Source: a virus (lineage: Duplodnaviria; Caudoviricetes). From it: a stretch of 64,000 bases of DNA. Below are positions 29,327 through 37,132 of the stretch, piece after piece; position 1 is the first letter of the stretch, and each line of letters begins with the position of its first letter. The position numbers and the translations under genes were made by a program. The notes below the pieces were generated by a model. That model worked only from the letters and a program-made list of their open reading frames with translations, ran no database searches and had not been told where the DNA came from. The stretch spans positions 1-64,000 of IMG/VR virus record IMGVR_UViG_2832928787_000001. The stretch is one strand, 5' to 3'.

Positions 29327-29535
29327 GTCCGTTTCCTGTTCATTGCATTCCGCACCAGAGCCCGAATCCGCAACCGCTTGATCCACAGCAGCGTGTTCGG
29401 CATCTTGTCCCGCTCACGCTGCAGCTCCGCTTCGCGGGCCCGCCGGCACAGCACGGCGGCAGCATGTCGCTGCTGCGCTGCTTCCCGGCATGCGACCCGG
29501 TCAAATGTCGGATCTCTGTAGCTTTCATTCATCAC
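29323..29535 (-). CDS. Small hypothetical phage protein
   Basis: 4-bp overlap with the downstream ORF. Confidence 0.45.
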   Translation of the reverse strand: MMNESYRDPTFDRVACREAAQQRHAAAVLCRRAREAELQRERDKMPNTLLWIKRLRIRALVRNAMNRKRT

Positions 29536-29588
29536 CGTCAGCCCTCAATATTTGCAGCTCGACCTGCCAGAACCCCGAAGGAGGCCCC

Positions 29589-30104
29589 ATGGACATCGGA
29601 TCAATCAGTGCAGCCCTTGCTGGCATCAAAGGAACTGTTGAACTCACCTCGGCCGCTATCGCGGTACGCGACAATGCGAAGATCGCCGACGCGCTCAAGG
29701 GTCTGAATGACCGGATCATCGAGCTCCAGAACGTCTGCATTCAGGCTCAAGAGGAATACTCGGCGGCAAAAGAGCAAGTGACTGCGCTCAAAGACGAGCG
29801 TCGCGAGCTGCAGGCTAAAATCGCTGAGCTTTCCCAGCAGGCGGATGACCGTGCGCATTACCAGATTCATCAGCTTTCCGACGGTGCATTCGTTTATGCA
29901 TTCCAGCACGCTGCAGATAACGGAACACCCATGCACTACCTTTGCCAGCCCTGCATGGACAACAGAGGTCAGAAAGCGATACTCCAGCGCGTGCCAGACG
30001 GCACGCACCTGCGTTGCCCGGAATGTCACAATCACTACCTGACCGGCAAACGACTGACCCTGACGCGAGCAGTCGCTCGCAGCCCCTATCTGGGCCGACG
30101 CTAA
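29589..30104 (+). CDS. Coiled-coil plus Zn-ribbon protein (antisense moron)
   Basis: GGAGG RBS; heptad coiled coil; CQPC and CPEC. Confidence 0.75.
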   Translation: MDIGSISAALAGIKGTVELTSAAIAVRDNAKIADALKGLNDRIIELQNVCIQAQEEYSAAKEQVTALKDERRELQAKIAELSQQADDRAHYQIHQLSDGAFVYAFQHAADNGTPMHYLCQPCMDNRGQKAILQRVPDGTHLRCPECHNHYLTGKRLTLTRAVARSPYLGRR

Positions 30105-30219
30105 GCCGGCATGAGCTTGCAGAAGGGGCTGCAATACCTGGCGAGAGGCAAACGGCCGATCAGCCGTCGTAAACAATCGCCGGGATGCCCAGCGCTGAAT
30201 GGCATTGAAGAGTTCCATT

Positions 30220-30375
30220 TCACGTCCCTTTCTGGGGTTTGCTGACTTCTTTCAAAATTCGCCGCATCTCGGCCAGGATCGCCCTGCCCTCGCTGCGCTT
30301 GTCCGGCGCGATCGGCAAATGCCGGATACGCCACTGCAGCGCTCGCCAGTCGTATCGATCGATGACCGGCGGCAT
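30220..30375 (-). CDS. Small hypothetical protein (51 aa)
   Basis: Hand translation MPPVIDRYDWRALQW...; fills the operon gap. Confidence 0.4.
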   Translation of the reverse strand: MPPVIDRYDWRALQWRIRHLPIAPDKRSEGRAILAEMRRILKEVSKPQKGT

Positions 30376-30380
30376 GGCCG

Positions 30381-30848
30381 TCAGTCCGGCTCGCGCATCG
30401 CATCGACCCGCTGCACCAGCTGATGCAACCGGGTTTCCGCCTGATGGACCACCACACGGAAATGATCCATTTCCGAACTGGTAATCCGCCCATCGGCCAG
30501 CATTTCGTGCAGCGCCTCGCCAACATCGCCCTGCCCCTGCCAGACCAGCGCAACCAGCTCCAGCACCGCCATGTCCGAGACCTCGACATCACGTTCCAAG
30601 CGCACGCAGACGTGCCCCTGACTGCGCGCCAGTGCATGCAGGATGCGCAGGTCTCCGGTGAACGACATCAGCTTGTCGGCCTCGACCAGCGTCAGGTGGT
30701 GGCTGTCTTTTTTCTGGTCGACCTTGCTGCACAGCACAGCCGGCGACATGGACCCGCCCGCCCGGGTGACGAAGCGCGGCGCCAGCGCATTTGCGCCCCC
30801 AGGGTGGTCATGGACGGTGGCATAAGCGGCATCAATTACGCTCATCAC
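30381..30848 (-). CDS. CII-like phage regulatory protein
   Basis: VHDHPGGANALA, HHLTL.EA, ADGRIT..E. Confidence 0.8.
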   Translation of the reverse strand: MMSVIDAAYATVHDHPGGANALAPRFVTRAGGSMSPAVLCSKVDQKKDSHHLTLVEADKLMSFTGDLRILHALARSQGHVCVRLERDVEVSDMAVLELVALVWQGQGDVGEALHEMLADGRITSSEMDHFRVVVHQAETRLHQLVQRVDAMREPD

Positions 30849-31137
30849 GGCCCCCTGAAGTCACAGGGTCACCACCGCATTCAGGCGACACCGGTTCAAG
30901 CAACGTATCGATTGCCTGAAGGCCGCGGGGTGGTTGATAACCTTGGCTGATCGCCACCAGTGCCACAGCCGCAACCGAAGAAGGCAGCGGTCGATACACC
31001 TCAAGCGGCGGAATAGCCGAGTGCCCTGCTGCCGATGACAACCGCTTGATCCAGACAGCCCCGTCCTTGAACTCGACCAGCCAGGTCGAGTCCGGGCGGG
31101 CACCCTCTTTCGTGTTCCTGCCGATTACGCTCATCAC
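30832..31137 (-). CDS. Hypothetical protein
   Basis: 101-aa ORF sharing its first five codons with the cII-like gene. Confidence 0.45.
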   Translation of the reverse strand: MMSVIGRNTKEGARPDSTWLVEFKDGAVWIKRLSSAAGHSAIPPLEVYRPLPSSVAAVALVAISQGYQPPRGLQAIDTLLEPVSPECGGDPVTSGGRDERN

Positions 31138-31252
31138 GGGGCCTCATAGACGTGTCATCACGCCAGCGGTGATGACATAGTTGTAAAAAGACCGAACGGA
31201 ACACGTCCGGCAAAAACTCCACGGGGGCAAAACGATCGTGGAGAGGGGGAGG

Positions 31253-31480
31253 TCAGCGACCAGCAGGGTTTCCGGGTTGCAACGATGGGTTGCCTTCATC
31301 GGCTTGGCACTGAAGACCTACCCATGCGGCCCAAGCATCTGGACGCAAGCGGACAATCCGCCCGACGGCCGAGTCCGGTATGTCGTCAGGCCATCCGTGA
31401 ACGCTGGGCGGCTTGATACCAATGGCCCTGGCTGTTCTAGATGGCCCTCCAAAATAAGAGAGGACAAATTGCTTTTTCAT
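31253..31480 (-). CDS. cro: Cro-like repressor
   Basis: YFGGPSRTARAIGIKPPSVHGW; divergent from cI; TATAAT just upstream of the ATG (leaderless). Confidence 0.85.
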   Translation of the reverse strand: MKKQFVLSYFGGPSRTARAIGIKPPSVHGWPDDIPDSAVGRIVRLRPDAWAAWVGLQCQADEGNPSLQPGNPAGR

Positions 31481-31486
31481 GAGGCA

Positions 31487-31551
31487 ATTATAGGCACACC
31501 TACTAGCCACGCACAAGGTATACCTATCGAACAGCCTGTTAGGCTCACCTA
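31487..31551. promoter_or_regulatory. OR region: three TAGG-N4-CCTA operators and PR
   Basis: taggcacaccta 31491, aaggtataccta 31515, taggctcaccta 31540; minus-strand ttgtgc-18-tataat. Confidence 0.8.
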
Positions 31552-31552
31552 C

Positions 31553-32257
31553 ATGACATTGGCTGAACGGGTTACCCTCGCACTGCACGAGGAAGGAAAA
31601 TCACAGACCGAGTTGGCGAAGGCCATCGGAGTACGGCCGCCATCAGTAAACGACTGGGTTTCCGGAAAGACCAAGACCATCAAGGGCGAGAATCTGCTGC
31701 GTGCCGCCAGCTACCTGCGCGTGCGGCCAGAGTGGTTATCCATGGGCCGGGGGCCAATGCGCCAGGAAGACCTGGGCACCCCCATCACAACCCCACTTCG
31801 CCCAGTAAAGTTGATCGACTCTGACGACGAACTGGATGACGGTGCATTTGCCGTGCCCAGGTACACATTGAAGGCCAGCGCAGGAAACGGCGCACCAGTA
31901 TTGGAAATCGACCAGAAAGGCCAATCCAACTACTGCCGGTACAACTGGGCAAACCGAAACGGCTTTCGTAGAGAAGACCTGTTCAGCATCGTCACAATTG
32001 GCGACAGCATGGAGCCGACCATCCCAGATGGCGCCAGCCTCATCGTGCATAAGAGTCAGGACATCGTGAATGGGAAGGTCCACGTCATTTGTCGCGGTGA
32101 CGAGTGTTTCGTGAAGCGCTTGTTCAAGCAGATGGATGGCTCGGTACTGATCAAGTCTGACAACCAGGCCAACTACAAAGACTCTGTTGCCAGACCTGAC
32201 GACGCTGACCCCCTATACGTTGTCGGTCACGTGGTGTCCGTCAGCTTCAACCTGTAG
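31553..32257 (+). CDS. cI: CI repressor (XRE HTH plus S24 peptidase)
   Basis: SQTELAKAIGV HTH, ASAG cleavage site, GDSMEP Ser and VKRL Lys. Confidence 0.93.
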   Translation: MTLAERVTLALHEEGKSQTELAKAIGVRPPSVNDWVSGKTKTIKGENLLRAASYLRVRPEWLSMGRGPMRQEDLGTPITTPLRPVKLIDSDDELDDGAFAVPRYTLKASAGNGAPVLEIDQKGQSNYCRYNWANRNGFRREDLFSIVTIGDSMEPTIPDGASLIVHKSQDIVNGKVHVICRGDECFVKRLFKQMDGSVLIKSDNQANYKDSVARPDDADPLYVVGHVVSVSFNL

Positions 32258-32274
32258 CCAACGCCCTCCCCACA

Positions 32275-32299
32275 AGAGCCCTGTTCACACAGGGCTTTT
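32275..32299 (+). terminator. cI terminator
   Basis: agccctgt-tcac-acagggct followed by T-run. Confidence 0.75.
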
Positions 32300-32337
32300 C
32301 TCATACCAGATTCCAGCAATTCTCCCCAAAGGCAAAT

Positions 32338-32388
32338 TAGGTTCACCTTCAAGTTTCGCTTGACCGGAACAGTAGGCGTGCCTATATT
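32338..32388 (+). promoter_or_regulatory. OL/PL-like promoter with two operators
   Basis: TTGACC(32360)-17-TATATT(32383); operators taggttcacctt 32338 and taggcgtgccta 32373. Confidence 0.8.
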
Positions 32389-32394
32389 TCACCT

Positions 32395-32707
32395 AACGCC
32401 ACGGCAACACACCGCCGACCGATCTCAGGAGCCCCCACGTGGGACCAGACAATTGAGCAGGATACGGATCGATAGCAGGCGGAGAGCGCCTGTCGTAGAC
32501 GGGGTCCCGCCGGCGCCCGAGAAGCCGAGCAAAACCCGCCGAGAGCAACAAGGCGGGCAGTCGGGGGACGAAGCGCACAGATGGCGCCGAGGACGAGCCC
32601 GACAATCGCCGCCCCGTGGCGAGTAACGGGAAAAGGAACGGCCTCGCAAGAGGCCGGTCACCAAAGCAGGCACACGCTGCATGCCATGCCCGCTTTGGCG
32701 ACATTTT
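32395..32707 (+). ncRNA. Candidate structured PL leader RNA (contains repeat copy A, 32535-32702)
   Basis: No credible ORF; successive hairpins, GCAA tetraloop and two possible pseudoknots. Confidence 0.55.
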
Positions 32708-32708
32708 C

Positions 32709-33500
32709 CTATTTGACTTGCGTCGCCAGTACGGCAACGACTTCTTGAGCTGCGCGCCTTTGTTCTGTGGTCAGGCGCCCGCAGTACAGATCGACATTGC
32801 CCTTGTCGCTGTCGTTCACCTTCGGATTGCCGGAGAACAGAATAAGCGCATACCAAGCGCAAGCTCTGACAGGGTTGTACGGAGCGCCCTGGGCACCAGT
32901 TGCAAGACTGTAAGCCGTATTTCGCTGCGCCTGGTAGTCACCGCCCTTGGCTTTTTTCTCCAGTGCCGCGAATGCTTCGGCACCATCGGCCAGTCGCTTC
33001 TTTTCTGCCTCGTCCGCTTCTTGCTCTGATTCAAGTACGGACATATCCGAAACCGGAATGAATTTCTCACCCTCAGGCGAAGAGCACAAAACAGCGCAAG
33101 AAGATTTTGATGTATAAATACCGGGCTTGAATCCGCCCCCCATATCAAAAGTGCAGACATGGCCGCTGGCCGTTCTCATGGCGTCGCCGGTTGTCGGGTC
33201 TCCTTTGACTTTCAACTCGACAGCGACCCCCTTATTCCAGCCATAGTCCGGCGTTTTTGGTAAAGCCGGGCCGGATTCAGCTTTGATGTATTCCAGATCA
33301 TTGGCACCGCTCGCAATATGGCGGCATTCTTTGGCAAATATCTGCAACGCTTTTTCCGCCGGATCGCCCATGGCAGAAAATGATTCACTTTTTTGATATG
33401 GCAAATCGGCGGATTTACTGCATCCAAGTAACGATGCCGCAACAAGAGAAACAGGAAGCAACCATTGCACACGTGTCTTCAGAGATATTTCTTTAGCCAT
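32709..33500 (-). CDS. Lipoprotein with C-terminal Sel1-like segment (moron)
   Basis: LLGC lipobox; GDYQAQRNTAY...ACAWY; own tttaca-16-TGaTAAAAT-type promoter. Confidence 0.75.
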   Translation of the reverse strand: MAKEISLKTRVQWLLPVSLVAASLLGCSKSADLPYQKSESFSAMGDPAEKALQIFAKECRHIASGANDLEYIKAESGPALPKTPDYGWNKGVAVELKVKGDPTTGDAMRTASGHVCTFDMGGGFKPGIYTSKSSCAVLCSSPEGEKFIPVSDMSVLESEQEADEAEKKRLADGAEAFAALEKKAKGGDYQAQRNTAYSLATGAQGAPYNPVRACAWYALILFSGNPKVNDSDKGNVDLYCGRLTTEQRRAAQEVVAVLATQVK

Positions 33501-33575
33501 GATTTCCCCAGGATGAGATAGCCTTCAGGCCATCATTTTATCACATCGGCATATCATGTAAAAACTGAGCGAATT

Positions 33576-33733
33576 CCCGCCGAGAGCAACAAGGCGGGCA
33601 GTCGGGGACGAAGCGCACCGAAGGCGCCAAGGACGAGCCCGACAATCGCCGCCCCGTGGCGAGTAACGGGAAGAGGAACGGCCTCGCAAGAGGCCGGTCA
33701 CCAAAGCTGAATCAGGTGGCTTTGGTGATACAC
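33576..33733 (+). repeat. Structured repeat copy B
   Basis: Near-identical to 32535-32667, then hairpin tcaccaaagc/gctttggtga. Confidence 0.95.
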
Positions 33734-33814
33734 AATGAAACACCTGCCCCTGCCCGGTTTGGCAGGACAGTCAAATCAGGCCAAAATGCCGTCATCATTC
33801 TTAGGAGACGCGGC

Positions 33815-34774
33815 ATGGCCCGGCACAGCAAGAACAGCGACAGTGCAATCTGGATCGGCGTATTTATCCTGGTCGTGGCCCCCATCGCCTTTTTCATCTG
33901 GCTTTATCAGCAGATCGGTGCATGGGGCATCATTGGCGTCGTAGGCATACTGGCGGCCCTCATTGCGACCGGATTCGCCGCTCACTTCTACAAGGAGAAA
34001 ACCGAAGCGGAAGCGCGGACGCAGCGCATCCAGCGTGACCTAGCCGAGATTGAACAGAAGCTGATCGAGGCCCGCCGACTGGGCACAGCACCATCTCCGC
34101 GTGCCATCCCTGAACAGCCCACGCTCAGCGACTTCGAGTGGGTCGGGGGCGGAGAAGCGGTCTCAGCCAACCTGCGGCTCCAGTATAAGGATGCGGCCGG
34201 CAACGTCACTGAGCGCACAGTTGAGGTCAAAGCCTTCACCGAACACCCGGCCGGCGGCATAGAAGCATTCTGCCACCTGCGCCAAAGCCGCCGCTCGTTC
34301 TACTACCACCGCATGCAGAAGGTCGTAGACCTGGACAGCGGCGAGGTCATCCACGAGCCGTGGGCCTGGCTGGATGCTCGCCGCAGGGCATCACCCGATT
34401 TCGCCCTGTCGGAAAACTTGTCCGCCATCTGGCCGGAACTGGAAGTGCTGGTCTATGTCTGCCGGGCAGACGGCCGCATGATGGCGCCTGAACGGGCGCT
34501 GGTTGTCAGCTATATGCAAAAGCGGAAACCTGAGCTATCAACCGTCTCCGTGGCAAAACTGGAAAAGGTACTGAAGGACGACGTAGCAAACCTGAGCCCC
34601 GCGCAATTCAAGCACTGTGTCGCCCAGTGCCGGCAACTGGATGAAGAAGTCCGGTCAGACCTGGTCAGCACGGCGGTAGCAGTTGTTGCGACACAAAGCA
34701 GTGTTGCCGAGGCAGAGGATGTGGCACTGGATTATCTGCATGAAAAATTGCTGGATCATGCTGAGCAGCCATAA
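33815..34774 (+). CDS. 2TM-WYL-TerB-like protein
   Basis: AGGAG RBS; two TM; YKD..GNVTERTV...AFCHLR..RRSF (WYL-like); LVYVCRADG...ER (TerB-like). Confidence 0.7.
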   Translation: MARHSKNSDSAIWIGVFILVVAPIAFFIWLYQQIGAWGIIGVVGILAALIATGFAAHFYKEKTEAEARTQRIQRDLAEIEQKLIEARRLGTAPSPRAIPEQPTLSDFEWVGGGEAVSANLRLQYKDAAGNVTERTVEVKAFTEHPAGGIEAFCHLRQSRRSFYYHRMQKVVDLDSGEVIHEPWAWLDARRRASPDFALSENLSAIWPELEVLVYVCRADGRMMAPERALVVSYMQKRKPELSTVSVAKLEKVLKDDVANLSPAQFKHCVAQCRQLDEEVRSDLVSTAVAVVATQSSVAEAEDVALDYLHEKLLDHAEQP

Positions 34775-34806
34775 ATCGCCCGAGGAACAGAACAAGCCCC
34801 GCTGCA

Positions 34807-34944
34807 GGCAGTCGGGGGACGAAGCGCACAGAAGGCGCCGAGGAAGAGCCCGACAATCGTCGGCCCCTGGCGAGTAACGGGCAAAGGAACGGCCTCGCAA
34901 GAGGCCGGTCACCAAAGCTGAACCAGGTGGCTTTGGTGATACAC
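34807..34944 (+). repeat. Structured repeat copy C
   Basis: Homologous to copies A and B from ggcagtcggggg to gctttggtgatacac. Confidence 0.95.
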
Positions 34945-35080
34945 TTAGCATTTTATTGGTAGACTTGCTCGCACCCAACAGTTTGCTAAATGGCAGCTTG
35001 TACAAAAAAATCAGGCAGGTTTGGGTCAGCAACAGCCCGTTGTGACCGGCTGCTACCGACCCGAAAGCAGACAGTCAAAT

Positions 35081-35141
35081 TGTTAACACCTGAGTTACGC
35101 CGCACCAAAAAGTGGCATCGGTTTTGAATGAATTGTTAGAT
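35081..35141 (-). mobile_element. Integron attC site 1
   Basis: Minus strand ATCTAAC aattc ATTCAA...GCGTAAC tcaggt GTTAACA; resembles aadA-type attC as recalled. Confidence 0.85.
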
Positions 35142-35930
35142 CACACCGAGCAGCCGTAGCACGCCTGCCCCTGCCAGCACAAAGCCGAGAAGCCCATATA
35201 ACCAATGCTCCTTCACAAGCTCCACGATGACAGAAGGATGAAAATGAATTCGATCTTGCCAAGGCGCCTGAATTGCGAGCGTACGGCTATGAGCACGGCC
35301 CGCGAGGTTGGCCATGACATCAACCTTTCGCAGAGTTGATTGATGCAGCTTTACAAACTCCCGGCTATCCCACGCCGCAGCTTCCGCTTTACCTGAGAGG
35401 AAATCTTGGTGGGTAATTTGGTTGAACTTCATGATCGACTCAAGCCGCGGATGGCCAGCGTAGCGAACACCGTAAATTGAGATCAAAACCCTAGATAGAT
35501 CCAGTTTCTTCTCGTCCTTGGTTTCATACGGAGCTCCACCTAGTACACGATGCCTATGCTCCAGCGCTTGGAACCCATAATTAATGTCTCTCATGCTCCA
35601 GTGCAGCCACGTACAATGCGTGTGGGTGGCTGCGAAGGCAAAAAACTCGTCAAGCATCTCGCGCTCAAGGCGATCATAGTGGCTTTCAATGTCCGCGAGA
35701 TCGACCTTCTGAATCTCCGCAATCTTGTGAATCGAGAAAGACCTAGTCTGACCAGAATCCAGCTGCCGGGCGGCGATGCTCGTGATGCGAGGGGTTCGGC
35801 CATCGACGCGATCGTAGAAGCTCTCGCATGAGTAGTGAATCACCAAGCAGTAATGGGCGTTCTTGAAGAGAACGTCGAGGGCTTCTGACGCCTTCTTTCT
35901 CTGCTTGTAGAGATCGAGGTATTTTCCCAT
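35136..35930 (-). CDS. Cassette gene: RNase H/3'-5' exonuclease-like protein with C-terminal TM
   Basis: IHYSCESF, ITSIA, EREMLDEFF, YGFQAL, LDLS; TAA stop lies inside R''; fold call tentative. Confidence 0.6.
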   Translation of the reverse strand: MGKYLDLYKQRKKASEALDVLFKNAHYCLVIHYSCESFYDRVDGRTPRITSIAARQLDSGQTRSFSIHKIAEIQKVDLADIESHYDRLEREMLDEFFAFAATHTHCTWLHWSMRDINYGFQALEHRHRVLGGAPYETKDEKKLDLSRVLISIYGVRYAGHPRLESIMKFNQITHQDFLSGKAEAAAWDSREFVKLHQSTLRKVDVMANLAGRAHSRTLAIQAPWQDRIHFHPSVIVELVKEHWLYGLLGFVLAGAGVLRLLGVI

Positions 35931-35935
35931 GTGTG

Positions 35936-35992
35936 ATCTAACGTTTGAGTTCAACGGACGCAAAGGTGGCCCGCTGGAACGAATGGTTATGT
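35936..35992 (-). mobile_element. Integron attC site 2
   Basis: Minus strand ACATAAC cattc GTTCCAGC...GTTGAAC tcaaac GTTAGAT. Confidence 0.88.
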
Positions 35993-36631
35993 ACCAAAAA
36001 ACTTTCCACCCAACGCAAAAGCGCCGGCCATGAGCACTGCGACGGCAGCCAGAACGCTCCATAGCTGAGTGAGTCTCAAACCACCGACTAGCTCCGCCAA
36101 CGTAAGCTCTGCAGGCCCCTTGGGCAGAGTTGATGTCTTCTTATCCGCAAGCATTTTTTGCTTCCAACTCGCAAGCACACCGTTGAACTCAGTCGTGCTG
36201 AGCGCAGCAGCTTCTGGTTTAACCCACTGTACATACCAATCATTGCCGGGTTCAAGCAATCCTTCGCTCTTTAGACCACTCTCTACGATGACCATTAACG
36301 GGTGGTTTCGGCTATAGGCCATGGCTGCCTCAATTTGGTTCCATGGCGTTGGTAGTTTTATATTAGAAAGTGACACCTCTTTCGAGCCACCGCGTTTCTC
36401 GATGCCGGAAGAAAAATACATACGTTCAAGGGCAATCACAACTGTGCCTGAGCACTCATCTAGAAGGTCGGACACGGTTTTAAGCGGTGCACCAGAACCA
36501 AACGTGTTTCTTCCAACAGTATAAGGAATCAACCCCTCGCTTCGAAGTCTGTCTTCAACTGCGCGGACGAAGGCTTCCTGCGAGTCTGTAGCTGTGCCAC
36601 CCACGCTAACAAAAACATTCAATTCATTCAT
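35987..36631 (-). CDS. Cassette gene: TIR-like domain protein with C-terminal TM
   Basis: NVFVS, ECSGTVVIAL, TPWNQIEAAMA (Glu), PLMVIVE; TAA stop inside R''. Confidence 0.7.
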   Translation of the reverse strand: MNELNVFVSVGGTATDSQEAFVRAVEDRLRSEGLIPYTVGRNTFGSGAPLKTVSDLLDECSGTVVIALERMYFSSGIEKRGGSKEVSLSNIKLPTPWNQIEAAMAYSRNHPLMVIVESGLKSEGLLEPGNDWYVQWVKPEAAALSTTEFNGVLASWKQKMLADKKTSTLPKGPAELTLAELVGGLRLTQLWSVLAAVAVLMAGAFALGGKFFGT

Positions 36632-36664
36632 GACAGGTCGTTCCGATTCATTGAATTGATTTAT

Positions 36665-36724
36665 ACCTAACAAACAAGATAAGCCGACCGCCGAAGCCGG
36701 GTCGGCTTGAGCGCCGGGTTAGAC
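36665..36724 (-). mobile_element. Integron attC site 3
   Basis: Minus strand GTCTAAC ccggc GCTCAAGC cgacc...ggtcg GCTTATC ttgttt GTTAGGT. Confidence 0.9.
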
Positions 36725-36793
36725 ATCATAAGATGCGACGGCAGCTCTCAGCCACGATGTGCCTTCGGGTATGTATTTCTTAATGTTGCTCAT
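36719..36793 (-). pseudogene. 24-aa ORF of a mini, probably internally deleted, cassette
   Basis: MSNIKKYIPEGTSWLRAAVASYDV; starts after GTTAGAG (36809-36803) and stops in R'' of attC3. Confidence 0.5.
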
Positions 36794-36906
36794 GCTCAAA
36801 GTCTCTAACTAGCTTTAGAAGGCACGCAACCAGCATGTTCAGTTCGCCTAAGACTGTATGAATTTTGGGTCAGTAGGCAAATTAGCTGTTTCGGCGTTTC
36901 GGTGTT

Positions 36907-36918
36907 TAGGCAAACCTA
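36907..36918. promoter_or_regulatory. Distal CI-type operator
   Basis: taggcaaaccta is a perfect TAGG-N4-CCTA. Confidence 0.55.
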
Positions 36919-37086
36919 AAAATTATGACCCCAGCTTTTGATGACGAATTTAGATCAATGTCTGAATGGCCACCATTGGCCGATAGCCGCCCCCGCTACC
37001 AAAACAGCCAAAGCCTCATCACACTTGCGTTTTATTGACATAGGCATAGCCAATTTATCACGACAAACACCAATCGACTACCCCCC

Positions 37087-37111
37087 GCCCAGCCCTGTGC
37101 TGGGCTTTTTT
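37087..37111 (+). terminator. Intrinsic terminator before the early-left genes
   Basis: gcccagc-cctgt-gctgggc plus T6. Confidence 0.75.
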
Positions 37112-37132
37112 CGCCTCCAAGGAGCACTGAAC

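Noticed and set aside
32360-33814. ORFs crossing the repeats (32360-32626, 32616-33029, 33525-33743 and the 33656 start)
   Set aside because: Stops and frames differ between copies, there is no RBS, and a better start exists at 33815.
32535-34944. CRISPR or TIGR-like array
   Set aside because: Repeats are ~140-170 bp separated by ~1-kb genes, and no cas or tas genes are seen.
34998-35014. LexA-box-like ttgtacaaaaaaatcag (and half-site ctgtat near 36854)
   Set aside because: Neither fits CTGT-N8-ACAG; probably chance matches or eroded remnants.
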